Below are positions 8,740-18,055 of a stretch of DNA of 64,000 bases, piece after piece. This DNA comes from Parcubacteria bacterium RAAC4_OD1_1. Its GTDB lineage: Bacteria > Patescibacteriota > Minisyncoccia > Phycocordibacterales > UBA9973. The notes beneath the pieces are model-generated. The model was given only the letters and a program-made list of their open reading frames with translations, did not search any database and had not been told where the DNA came from. The translations under genes and the position numbers were made by a program. Where the stretch lies: NCBI GenBank assembly GCA_000505065.1, contig AWSN01000001.1:626577-690576 (forward strand). The letters are read 5' to 3'. Numbering within the stretch: the first letter of the stretch is position 1; every line of letters starts with the position of its first letter.

Positions 8740-11085
8740 ATGCCTTCAAAAAAGAAAGTTTCCAAAAATAAAAAAGTATCAAAAAGGGTCGAAGCTAAAA
8801 TCACCTCTACCTCATTAGAAAAAAAAATAATCAAGAATAGTTTTGTTAAAAGCGTTCAAAAGAGAGACGGTCAAATTGTTCCTTTTGATATAGATAAAGT
8901 TGTGAGTGCTATTAATAAAGCCATGCTTGCTTCAGGTGAGGGTTCTCTCCGAGATGCAGAGGTTGTAGCAAATCGAGTGATGATGGAAGTTGTTAAAATT
9001 TCAAAGAAATACAAGAACTTTATTCCAACAGTTGAAGGTATTCAAGATACAGTAGAGCAAGAACTAATGCTTTCTGATTTTGTGAAAACATCTAAGAACT
9101 ATATTTTATATAGAGATGAGAGAGCCAAGCTTCGCTCTCATGATATTACCGTACCACCACATGTAAAAAAGCTTGCAGATGAAAGTAAAAAATATTTTAG
9201 AAATCCACTTTCTGAATTTGTTTATTATCGATCGTATGCAAAATGGATAGAAAGTGAAAATAGACGTGAAACTTGGGTAGAGACCATTGATCGTTATATA
9301 AATTTTATGAAAGGTAAGATTGGTAATAAACTTAAAGAAAGTGAATATGCTGAAATTAGAGAAACAATACTTAAACAAGAATCAATGCCTTCTATGAGAT
9401 TGCTTCAGTTTGCGGGACCTGCAGCAGAGAAAACAAATGTTTGTGCTTATAATTGTTCGTTTATCGCACCATCAAGATTCCAAGATTTCGGTGAGATAGT
9501 TTATATACTTATGTGTGGTACTGGGGTTGGATTTTCTGTTGAAAGTAAAAATGTTCAATCTCTTCCACAGATCAAAAATCAAACAGGTAAAAAACTTCCT
9601 ACTTATATTGTTCCTGATACAAAGGAAGGATGGGCAGATTCACTTGTTCTTGGTATGAAGACTTGGTTTGATGGTAATGATATAGAATTTGATTTCTCAG
9701 GACTTCGTCCAGCAGGAGCAAGACTTAAAACTTTTGGAGGAAAAAGCTCAGGACCAAAACCACTTATTGATTTGTTAGGTTTTACAAGAGAAAGAATATT
9801 GAAAAGGCAAGGTAGGCACTTAAGGAACATAGATGCTCACGACATAATCTGTAAGATTGGTGAATGTGTTGTTTCTGGTGGTGTTCGTAGAAGTGCTCTT
9901 ATATCTTTATCTGATTTAGATGATTCAGAAATGCGTGATGCAAAGAATGGTACATTTTGGGTCAATGAAGGTCAGAGAATGCTCGCAAATAATTCTGCAG
10001 TTTATAATACAAAACCAACAGAAACAGAATTTTTAAAAGAATGGATTGCTCTTATGGAATCAGGGACAGGGGAGAGAGGAATATTTAATCGTGAATCTCT
10101 TTATAAAACTCTTCCAAAAAGAAGAATTGAAAAATCTGAAGGATATATTGGAGAAATGGGCACAAACCCTTGTGGAGAGATTATTCTTCGTTCAAGACAA
10201 TTTTGTAACTTGTCTGAAGTTGTAGCACGTGCTGAAGATAAAGAAGAAGATTTGATGAGAAAAATTAAAGTTGCAACTATTTTGGGAACTTATCAATCAA
10301 CATTAACAAACTTTGGTTATCTTTCTAAGGAGTGGAAAGACAATTGTGATGCAGAGAGACTTCTTGGTGTGTCTATTACAGGTCAATGGGATTCGACTGT
10401 CGCTCGCAATGGAGAAATTTTGAAAAAATTAAAAAATGAAGCAATAAGAGTAAATAAAATTTATGCAAAAAGATTTGGTGTAGATGAATCTACTTGTATC
10501 ACAGCAGTAAAGCCATCTGGAACTGTGTCTCAGACCGTAGACTGTGCTTCTGGGATGCATCCACGTCATGCCCCTTATTATATTCGTCGTGTTCGTATTT
10601 CTGCTACTGACTCATTATTTAAAATGATGAAAGATCAGGGCGTGCCTTATCATCCAGAGGTTGGACAAAATGTAGAGGATGCCAATACTTATGTTTTAGA
10701 ATTTCCTATGAAAGCCCCAGATGGTGCAATCTGTAAAGATGACATCAGTGCTATTGATCAGCTTGAACACTGGAAAGTGGTAAAAGTAAATTATACAGAA
10801 CATAATCCCTCGGTAACTATTTCAGTGGGGGAAAATGAATGGATTCAAGTTGCTCATTGGTTGTATCAGAATTGGGATATTATTGGTGGATTATCTTTCT
10901 TGCCAAGAACGAACCATGTTTATCAGTTAGCCCCATATGAAGCTATAGATGAGAAGACTTATAAAGAACTCACATCTAGAATGCCTGATTTTGATTTTTC
11001 AAAAATAGTTACTTATGAGCTTCGTGATGAAACAGAAGTAAAAAAAGAATTAGCTTGTGTGTCTGGGGTGTGTGACATTGTTTAA
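8740..11085 (+). CDS. nrdJ: Class II (adenosylcobalamin-dependent) ribonucleotide reductase with N-terminal ATP cone
   Basis: VQKRDG ATP cone; YNCSF, GGVRRSA, TNPCGEI, TAVKPSGT; C-terminal CVSGVC; no R2 subunit nearby; adjacent B12 genes. Confidence 0.92.
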   Translation: MPSKKKVSKNKKVSKRVEAKITSTSLEKKIIKNSFVKSVQKRDGQIVPFDIDKVVSAINKAMLASGEGSLRDAEVVANRVMMEVVKISKKYKNFIPTVEGIQDTVEQELMLSDFVKTSKNYILYRDERAKLRSHDITVPPHVKKLADESKKYFRNPLSEFVYYRSYAKWIESENRRETWVETIDRYINFMKGKIGNKLKESEYAEIRETILKQESMPSMRLLQFAGPAAEKTNVCAYNCSFIAPSRFQDFGEIVYILMCGTGVGFSVESKNVQSLPQIKNQTGKKLPTYIVPDTKEGWADSLVLGMKTWFDGNDIEFDFSGLRPAGARLKTFGGKSSGPKPLIDLLGFTRERILKRQGRHLRNIDAHDIICKIGECVVSGGVRRSALISLSDLDDSEMRDAKNGTFWVNEGQRMLANNSAVYNTKPTETEFLKEWIALMESGTGERGIFNRESLYKTLPKRRIEKSEGYIGEMGTNPCGEIILRSRQFCNLSEVVARAEDKEEDLMRKIKVATILGTYQSTLTNFGYLSKEWKDNCDAERLLGVSITGQWDSTVARNGEILKKLKNEAIRVNKIYAKRFGVDESTCITAVKPSGTVSQTVDCASGMHPRHAPYYIRRVRISATDSLFKMMKDQGVPYHPEVGQNVEDANTYVLEFPMKAPDGAICKDDISAIDQLEHWKVVKVNYTEHNPSVTISVGENEWIQVAHWLYQNWDIIGGLSFLPRTNHVYQLAPYEAIDEKTYKELTSRMPDFDFSKIVTYELRDETEVKKELACVSGVCDIV

Positions 11086-11114
11086 GATAATTATTAATCA
11101 ATATTGCTATTTTA

Positions 11115-11636
11115 ATGAAGAAAAATTTAAAGTTTATTGTTATATTTTTATCAGCAATCTTTATAAGATTGATACCATTTAGAGCTCCAAATTTAGAGCC
11201 AATAATGGCATCTATTATGCCTATTGGTAAATCTTATTCAAAAATATTTTCTTTTTCTTTTGGATTTTTAAGTATAGTTTTATTTGATGTTATTACTTTA
11301 AAAATAGGAGTATGGACTCTAATCACAGCAATTATTTATGGACTTTTAGGATTAGGAGCATCTTATTATTTTAAAAATAGAAATGGATGGAGAAGTTATG
11401 CTAAATATGCTTTTTGGGGGACTATATTTTATGATGCTTTGACTGGTCTCACCATCGGTCCACTGTTTTTTGGGCAGTCGTTTATGGTTTCTTTGGTTGG
11501 GCAAATTCCTTTCACTCTTATTCACTTGCTAGGAAACGTTTCTTTTGCTATTATCTTATCACCAGTTATAGAGAGATGGTTAGTAAAAGAATCGGTTAGA
11601 GTTATAAAAGTAGAAAATAGAGTTTTAGTAAGTTAG
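11115..11636 (+). CDS. ECF-type S-component, probably cobalamin-specific (CbrT/BtuM-like)
   Basis: 173 aa, about 6 TM segments; RLIPFRAPNLEPI loop and IPFTLIHLLGN; lies between nrdJ and the B12 riboswitch. Confidence 0.7.
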   Translation: MKKNLKFIVIFLSAIFIRLIPFRAPNLEPIMASIMPIGKSYSKIFSFSFGFLSIVLFDVITLKIGVWTLITAIIYGLLGLGASYYFKNRNGWRSYAKYAFWGTIFYDALTGLTIGPLFFGQSFMVSLVGQIPFTLIHLLGNVSFAIILSPVIERWLVKESVRVIKVENRVLVS

Positions 11637-11654
11637 TTTTTTACAATTTAATAT

Positions 11655-11748
11655 TTATTGTGTTTGGAAGTGAGGTTTGATCCCTCCACTGTGCCGCAAC
11701 GGTAATATCCTGACTTATGTCTGGGTGAGTCCGATCTTAACACAATAA
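11655..11748 (+). ncRNA. Cobalamin riboswitch (compact form)
   Basis: Closing stem TTATTGTGTT/AACACAATAA; GGAA, T-loop hairpin GAGG-TTTGATC-CCTC, CTGTGCCGCAACGGTAA, B12-box-like GAGTCCGA. Confidence 0.85.
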
Positions 11749-11787
11749 TTGTTTTCCCGAGCAGGATAAAGAATTTATTTTTCTTTG

Positions 11788-11832
11788 AATAATAAAACCC
11801 TTCGTTTTGCTCGAAGGGTTTTATTATTTATT
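11788..11832 (+). terminator. Riboswitch expression-platform terminator
   Basis: AATAATAAAACCCTTCG-TTTTGCT-CGAAGGGTTTTATTATT; competing pairing CGAGCAGGA (11758-11766) with TTTTGCTCG (11805-11813). Confidence 0.75.
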
Positions 11833-11844
11833 TAATTAATTTTT

Positions 11845-12330
11845 ATGAAAAAAAATCAAAAAATATCAATTATATTGTTTGCCTTTATTCTTTTATTAAT
11901 ATTATTTTCTTATTTTTTCTTAAATAAAAAGGGAAAAGACACAGAATTGGACATAAAAGAGAATGTAACAATAAATAATCAGATTGAAATTAAGGAAGAA
12001 AAAAATATAAAAGGAATAGAAGTTGAAAAAGTTTTAAATGAAAATAAATTAAGTTATGAATTAAAGGTTTTAGATAAGTCATATATTTCAAGTTTTAATA
12101 GAGGAGACACTCTGGAGGTAGTAATGGAAAAATTAGAACAAGAAAGAGATGATTTTAGTTTTAAGGTAAGTAAACATTCATCATTGGGGTCATTCGTAGA
12201 AGAGATAAACAATATAAGGGGTTCAATTGGTAAATATTTTATTTATTATGTGAATGGTGAAATGGCAGATGTAGGAATTTCTAAATATGTTTTAAAAGAG
12301 GGGGATATTATTAATTGGAAATTAGAATAA
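11845..12330 (+). CDS. Membrane-anchored DUF4430-like (transcobalamin C-terminal beta-domain-like) protein
   Basis: N-terminal TM; LGSFVEEINNI...YFIYYVNGEMADVGISKYVLKEGDIINW. Confidence 0.85.
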   Translation: MKKNQKISIILFAFILLLILFSYFFLNKKGKDTELDIKENVTINNQIEIKEEKNIKGIEVEKVLNENKLSYELKVLDKSYISSFNRGDTLEVVMEKLEQERDDFSFKVSKHSSLGSFVEEINNIRGSIGKYFIYYVNGEMADVGISKYVLKEGDIINWKLE

Positions 12331-12334
12331 TTTT

Positions 12335-14473
12335 ATGAAAAATCTTTTTAAAAAATTTATTGTTTTATTTAGTTTAATGTTTATTATTTTTGGATTTAAT
12401 TTTGTAAATGCTACTACAGAAGAAACCCCTGATGATGTTTCATTAGAATGTAAATCACCACAGATTTTAAATGAAACAAAAGATGCTTGTATTGATGATA
12501 TAACTCTAATTCCAAAAATTTTAATTTGCACAGAACCTCAAATTTTAAATGAATCTGGTGATAGTTGTATTGATAAAAAACCTGAAGTTATTACTTGCAC
12601 AGAATATCAAACCTTACAAGATGGTATATGTATTGATAATAAAGTAATAGAGTCTAAACCAGATCCTGTAAATATTCATTTAAAAATTATTTCAGGGTCT
12701 TTGTCTTTGTATGATAATGATATTTTGGTTACTGCTTGTGATAGTAAAAATGATGGAGTGATGTATGTCACCCCGTATTGTGCCCTTGTTCAATCTGGTA
12801 TTCCAAGTGATTGGAATGATTTTTGGTTAAATTCTATTGGGGATTTTTCAAATGATTTTACTAATAATATTTTTTGGATGTGGCTTGCTAATCTGAATAT
12901 AGATAATACTAATCCTAGTAGTTCTTATAATCTTTCTGCGAAGGAATATGAATTAAAACAAAATGATCAAATATTATTTTATTATAATACTAATCCATTA
13001 GATATTTGGGTTGACAATACAGCTCCTGCTCTAAATGATGTAATTACGATAACAGTAAAAGAACTAGGTTTAGATTCTTCTTGGAATCCAATATGGAAAT
13101 CATCACCTTTATCAAAAATAGTAATTGGTTCCGATATTTTTGATGTAGATACAAATGGAGAATATAAAATTAGTATTTTAAATGCAGATTCTTTTACTAT
13201 TTTAGGACAAAAAAATGGTTTTATAGATAGCTCTTTGTTTACTATTTCACCCGTAATCTCAAATGAAGAAGTGGATAATGATGAAGAAAATATTGATAGA
13301 AATAGTGGGGGAGGAGGTGGAAACAATACACTTGAAAAAACTTTTTCTATTTCAGATGTAACTTCTTTTTTATTTTCAAATCAAGAAGATGACGGATCCT
13401 TTGGTGAAGATATGTATACCGACTGGGGAGTAATTGGAATTTCTAAAATTGATTTGGATGATGATTCTATTTTAGAAAATTTAAGAAATTTTATATTAGA
13501 AAATGATATAGAAAATGGTAGTGTTACAGATTATGCTCGTAGAGCTATGGCTTTACTTTCATTTAATATAAATCCTTATGAAGATACTTCTGTTAATTAT
13601 ATAGAAAAAATAATTAGAGAATTTGATGGTAGTCAGATTGGAGATAAGAATCTTTTCAATGATGATATTTTTTCTTTAATGGTTTTATCAAAAGTCGGAT
13701 ATGAAGGGGACGATGAAATGATAAAAAATATAGTATCTTTTGTGCTTTTAAACCAAGAAAGTGATGGCTCATTTGGTAGTATCGATATGACATCTGCTTT
13801 TATAATGGCACTTGAAGGATTTAAAGATGTAGATGGTGTCGATGAGGCGATAGAGACTGCTTGGGATTATATAATAAACGAACAAAAAGAGGATGGAAGT
13901 TTTGGGAATATGTATTCAACAAGTTGGGCATTGCAAGCACTTTCTTTAAATAATTCTTTTGATTATGAAGTAAAAAAGGGTATAGAATTTTTAGAAGATA
14001 ATCAAAAAGAAGATGGAAGTTTTATAGATGGGTCAATTTCTAATAAAATTTGGGCGACTGTTTATGTGTTACCTGCAATTTATAAATTATCATGGAATGA
14101 AATCTTGGAAGATTTTGATAAACAAGAAATAAATAATGGAAGTAATAATACAACAGAAGAGGATAATAGAAATGAAGAAGAATTAGAGACCTTAAAAATT
14201 GAAGAGATAGAAAAAATAGAGAATATTTTGGTTTTGGAAAATAATATTTCACCAGTTGTTGTAAAAAAAGAGAAAGAAATAATTCCAATTAATTTAAAAG
14301 AATTAAAAAAGATTGAAAATTTAAACAATGGAGATGACTCATCCTTAAATATGTTAACTGCATCAGTTGGGGATGCTCCTGTTTTAGAATCTTTAAACAA
14401 GGATGGTTTCTGGAGAAGTTTATCACTATTTTTCTTCAATGTTTGGAGCTTTATTGTGAATATTTTTATTTAA
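12335..14473 (+). CDS. Secreted/surface protein: Cys repeats + DUF4430-like domain + alpha/alpha barrel (QxxDGSF repeats); transcobalamin-like
   Basis: Signal peptide; three C-x(9-11)-CID repeats; WLNSIG..WMW..SAKEYELKQNDQILFYY; four QxxDGSF repeats; C-terminal hydrophobic tail. Confidence 0.75.
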   Translation: MKNLFKKFIVLFSLMFIIFGFNFVNATTEETPDDVSLECKSPQILNETKDACIDDITLIPKILICTEPQILNESGDSCIDKKPEVITCTEYQTLQDGICIDNKVIESKPDPVNIHLKIISGSLSLYDNDILVTACDSKNDGVMYVTPYCALVQSGIPSDWNDFWLNSIGDFSNDFTNNIFWMWLANLNIDNTNPSSSYNLSAKEYELKQNDQILFYYNTNPLDIWVDNTAPALNDVITITVKELGLDSSWNPIWKSSPLSKIVIGSDIFDVDTNGEYKISILNADSFTILGQKNGFIDSSLFTISPVISNEEVDNDEENIDRNSGGGGGNNTLEKTFSISDVTSFLFSNQEDDGSFGEDMYTDWGVIGISKIDLDDDSILENLRNFILENDIENGSVTDYARRAMALLSFNINPYEDTSVNYIEKIIREFDGSQIGDKNLFNDDIFSLMVLSKVGYEGDDEMIKNIVSFVLLNQESDGSFGSIDMTSAFIMALEGFKDVDGVDEAIETAWDYIINEQKEDGSFGNMYSTSWALQALSLNNSFDYEVKKGIEFLEDNQKEDGSFIDGSISNKIWATVYVLPAIYKLSWNEILEDFDKQEINNGSNNTTEEDNRNEEELETLKIEEIEKIENILVLENNISPVVVKKEKEIIPINLKELKKIENLNNGDDSSLNMLTASVGDAPVLESLNKDGFWRSLSLFFFNVWSFIVNIFI

Positions 14474-14497
14474 GTATATCTCTGATATAATCAAAAT

Positions 14498-14890
14498 ATG
14501 ACTAATCAAAAAAGGTTTATTTTATTTATTATATTATTAGTATTAATAGTGGGGGCAGTTGGTGTATTTGCCAATATGGGTTCTAAAAAGTCTGGTAAAT
14601 TAGATGGCTTTGCACAATGTTTAGTATCATCTGGGGCCAAATTTTATGGAACTTTTTGGTGTCCTCATTGTCAGTCTCAAAAGAAAATGTTTGGGAGTTC
14701 TGCTAAATATTTACCATATATAGAATGTTCTACTCCAAATGGAGCTGGGCAATTAGATGTGTGTAAAGAAAATGGGATAGAGGGGTATCCTACGTGGGTA
14801 TTTGCAGATGGATCTAGATTATCAGGAGAGTTACCTCTTCAAACTTTATCAGAGAAAACTAGTTGCCCACTTCCTGTAGAAGAAAAATAA
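14498..14890 (+). CDS. Membrane-anchored thioredoxin-fold disulfide oxidoreductase
   Basis: FYGTFWCPHCQSQK, YIECS, IEGYPTW. Confidence 0.88.
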   Translation: MTNQKRFILFIILLVLIVGAVGVFANMGSKKSGKLDGFAQCLVSSGAKFYGTFWCPHCQSQKKMFGSSAKYLPYIECSTPNGAGQLDVCKENGIEGYPTWVFADGSRLSGELPLQTLSEKTSCPLPVEEK

Positions 14891-14891
14891 T

Positions 14892-15431
14892 ATGGAAAAT
14901 TTTATAGAAATAGTAAACAAGATACTTTCTGTTGGTACAATGCTTATGCAAGTGACCATTCTTGTTATACTTTTTAATTTTTTCTTTATGAAAAGAACAG
15001 GGAATAGAATTCTTTTATTTTTTAAAAAATATACTTTTGTTTTTGGTTTTTTGATTGCATTAGGAGCAGTTCTACTCTCACTTTTTTATTCAGAAATTGT
15101 TGGTTTCCCCCCTTGTGAACTTTGTTGGATACAAAGAATTTTTCTCTATCCTCAGCTTGTACTTTTTGGTATGGAGCTTTATAAAAGAGAAAGATCTATC
15201 GTGGATTTTTCTATAGTTTTTGCAATTTTTGGATCTTTGGTTTCTCTCTATCATATATATGTAGAATCAACTGGGGGAAATGGAGTATTTTGTGGCGATC
15301 CTTCAAATGGGGGAGTCTCTTGTTCTGTTAGGTATATTTATGAATTTGGTTATATGACAATGCCTCTTATGGCCCTCACTTTGTCTTTGTTTATAATTAC
15401 AATTTTAATTAATTATAAATATAATAAGTAA
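14892..15431 (+). CDS. dsbB: Disulfide bond formation protein DsbB/BdbC
   Basis: SLFYSEIVGFPPCELCWIQRIFLYP; second Cys pair. Confidence 0.9.
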   Translation: MENFIEIVNKILSVGTMLMQVTILVILFNFFFMKRTGNRILLFFKKYTFVFGFLIALGAVLLSLFYSEIVGFPPCELCWIQRIFLYPQLVLFGMELYKRERSIVDFSIVFAIFGSLVSLYHIYVESTGGNGVFCGDPSNGGVSCSVRYIYEFGYMTMPLMALTLSLFIITILINYKYNK

Positions 15432-15447
15432 AAATAAGTAGAAAGTT

Positions 15448-15488
15448 AAAACCCCAGTCCCAAGCCTTGCTTGGGACTGGGGGGTTTT
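15448..15488. repeat. REP-like palindrome (AAGC-CTT-GCTT core)
   Basis: CCCCAGTCCCAAGC-CTT-GCTTGGGACTGGGG; related cores at 15680, 47250, 57531. Confidence 0.7.
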
Positions 15489-15532
15489 GAGTAATGTTTT
15501 AGAAAGGGTGTTATGGTGGTATAATTAAAAAT

Positions 15533-15631
15533 ATGGAACATAAATCTGAAAATAAGATTTGTCAGAATTGCAAAAAGGACTGATTAGAGATTATTTATTG
15601 TGAGAAATGTTATCAGCAGGAGGTGTATTAA
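15533..15631 (+). pseudogene. Internally deleted remnant of a Cys-rich CPR hypothetical gene
   Basis: MEHKSENKICQNCKKD*LEIIYCEKCYQQEVY* in one frame; TGGTATAAT 8 nt upstream of the ATG. Confidence 0.65.
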
Positions 15632-15640
15632 TAAATATAC

Positions 15641-15702
15641 CCCAGATAGTGGTTCAGATAGTGGTTAAACCACTATCTGGTCCTAAGCAAGGCTTAGGAC
15701 TA
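15641..15702. repeat. Two adjacent REP-like palindromes
   Basis: CAGATAGTGGTT tandemly duplicated, then A-AACCACTATCTGG; GTCCTAAGC-AAG-GCTTAGGAC. Confidence 0.65.
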
Positions 15703-15798
15703 GGGGATATTACAATAAAAAAGTTCTTTGTTAACTTTTAAAAATTAAAATCATCTATAGTCGAAGATGGTTTGTTTAGTATTAATTAAATATAATTT

Positions 15799-16227
15799 AT
15801 GATTTTTGAAAAATCTGAAAAAAATTCAAAAGAAAAAGATGTTTTGTTTGTATACACTACATGTCATTCATTAGAAGAATTAAGAAGTATTAGCTATGAA
15901 GCGATAGAAAATAAGCTTGCTATTTCAGCAGATTATTGGGCTGTAGGTTCTATATATCCATGGAAAAAAGTTTTACAAGAGACGGATCAATATATGCTTG
16001 TTTTTACAACAGAAAAAGAGTTTGTTGAAAAACTTACAAAATTAATAGAAAGTTTGCATTCTTATAGTGTTCCAATGATAGCTATTACTGATTCACTCTT
16101 ATTTAATTCTACCTATAGATTTTGGATTGATAGCACTTTGCATGATAACAATAAATATTTAAGCAAACACGAAGCTAGTATGAATAAAGAAGAAGATGGG
16201 GTGTATCACTATGGAAAACTTAAATAA
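15799..16227 (+). CDS. cutA: CutA family protein
   Basis: VYTTC, SIYPW, LHSYSVPMI. Confidence 0.8.
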   Translation: MIFEKSEKNSKEKDVLFVYTTCHSLEELRSISYEAIENKLAISADYWAVGSIYPWKKVLQETDQYMLVFTTEKEFVEKLTKLIESLHSYSVPMIAITDSLLFNSTYRFWIDSTLHDNNKYLSKHEASMNKEEDGVYHYGKLK

Positions 16228-16274
16228 TCTTTAAAAAAATATACCCCAAATAAGATTTATGATATAATAATCTT

Positions 16275-18044
16275 ATGCATATAGACGAAGAAACAATTAT
16301 AGATCTTATAAATAAATCTGGATTGGTTTCTAAGACTGACATTTCAAACACAATAAAGAAATCAAAAGAAACTCATAGATCAATTGGTGATATTTTAGTA
16401 AGTGATGGAAAGCTTACAGAAAAAGATTGGGCAAACATACAAGCTCTCGCATTGGGTATTCCTTTTGTGGATTTAAAAGGAGAAAAAATTGATCCAAACG
16501 TTCTTTCTCTTATACCAGAGCCTATTGCTAGGAATAGCAACATTATTGCTTATAAAAAATCAAACCAAGGTTTAGAGGTTGCAATGCTTGATGTAAATAA
16601 TTTACCTGTTATTGATTTTATAAAAAAGAAAGTTGGACTTCGAATACTTCCTAGGATGACGAACACAGATTCTATAAAAGAAGCCCTTACTTTATATAAA
16701 AAAAGTCTGCAAGCTGATTTTGAAGAAATAATTAAAAAAGAAACAGGATCAATAATAAAAACAACCAAAGATGTAAGTAATGATTCTAACGATGAAGATA
16801 AAACAGAAAAAGAGCTTAAAGAGCTTGCGGAAGATTTACCAATTGTTAAAATAGTTGATACTCTTATTTCTCATGCTATTTTACAGGGATCTTCGGATAT
16901 TCATATAGAACCAGGTGAAGGATCTTTGGTAGTTCGTTATCGTATCGATGGTATACTTCATGATGCTATGGTGCTCCCTAAGGATACTGCTTCTGGGATC
17001 GTTGCTAGAATAAAAGTTTTATCTAATTTAAAACTCGACGAAAAGCGTCTTCCTCAAGATGGAAGGTTTAAAATAATTAATGAACAAGGTAATGTTTCTT
17101 TTCGTGTTTCTACTCTCCCTACTTATTTTGGAGAAAAGACAGTAATAAGAATTCTTCGTGAGAATGCTAAGGGATTTTCATTAGAGGGGCTTGGTTTTCA
17201 CGGAGAAGCACTTGAGCGAATACATAGTGGTATGAAAAAAAGAAATGGAATGCTACTTGCTACGGGGCCAACAGGCTCAGGTAAAACAACTACACTATAT
17301 ACAATGTTAGATATTTTAAATACTCCAGATGTAAATATTTCTACAATTGAAGATCCTATTGAGTATCAAATGGCTCGCATAAATCAAACTCAGACAAAAT
17401 CAGAAATTGGTTTATCTTTTGCTAATGGTCTCCGTACTCTTCTTCGTCAAGATCCAGATATTATAATGGTGGGAGAGATTCGTGATGGAGAAACCGCATC
17501 GCTTGCTGTGAATGCATCCCTTACAGGACACTTGGTTTTGTCTACTATTCACACCAACTCAGCAGCTGGAGCTGTGCCTCGTATGATCGATATGGGAGTA
17601 GAGCCTTTTCTTATTGTTTCTACTGTTAAAACTGTTATTGGTCAACGTTTAGTTAGAAGACTTGAAGATAAATCAAAAGAAAAATATTTTTTAAGTGAAA
17701 CTGAAAAAAAGTCGTTAGATAAAATTGTTGATTTAGATAGGATCCTTAAATTTTTAAAAGATGAAAAAATTGTAAAAGATGATGCTGATTGGGACACAAT
17801 ACCTTTTTATAAGCCTAAACCAAGTGAAGAATCTAAAGATGGATATAAGGGTAGAGTAGGAATTCATGAGGTTTTTGAAATGAGTACTTCTATAAAAGAA
17901 ATGGTTTTAAAGGGCGCATCTGCAGATGAGATAGAAAAAAGAGCAAAAGAAGAGGGAATGATGACAATGCTTGAAGATGGGATTTTCTTAGCGGTTCAAG
18001 GTGTGACTTCAACTGAAGAAGTTTTGCGTGTTGTTTCAGAGTAA
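16275..18044 (+). CDS. pilB: Type IV pilus assembly ATPase PilB/GspE
   Basis: SDIHIEP, RLPQDGR, TGPTGSGKTTT, LRQDPDIIMVGEIRD, TGHLVLSTIHTN. Confidence 0.95.
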   Translation: MHIDEETIIDLINKSGLVSKTDISNTIKKSKETHRSIGDILVSDGKLTEKDWANIQALALGIPFVDLKGEKIDPNVLSLIPEPIARNSNIIAYKKSNQGLEVAMLDVNNLPVIDFIKKKVGLRILPRMTNTDSIKEALTLYKKSLQADFEEIIKKETGSIIKTTKDVSNDSNDEDKTEKELKELAEDLPIVKIVDTLISHAILQGSSDIHIEPGEGSLVVRYRIDGILHDAMVLPKDTASGIVARIKVLSNLKLDEKRLPQDGRFKIINEQGNVSFRVSTLPTYFGEKTVIRILRENAKGFSLEGLGFHGEALERIHSGMKKRNGMLLATGPTGSGKTTTLYTMLDILNTPDVNISTIEDPIEYQMARINQTQTKSEIGLSFANGLRTLLRQDPDIIMVGEIRDGETASLAVNASLTGHLVLSTIHTNSAAGAVPRMIDMGVEPFLIVSTVKTVIGQRLVRRLEDKSKEKYFLSETEKKSLDKIVDLDRILKFLKDEKIVKDDADWDTIPFYKPKPSEESKDGYKGRVGIHEVFEMSTSIKEMVLKGASADEIEKRAKEEGMMTMLEDGIFLAVQGVTSTEEVLRVVSE

Positions 18045-18055
18045 TAAAATTTTAA

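Noticed and set aside
15581-15583. In-frame TGA as evidence of genetic code 25 or selenocysteine
   Set aside because: Long conserved genes have no internal TGA; a deletion junction explains it
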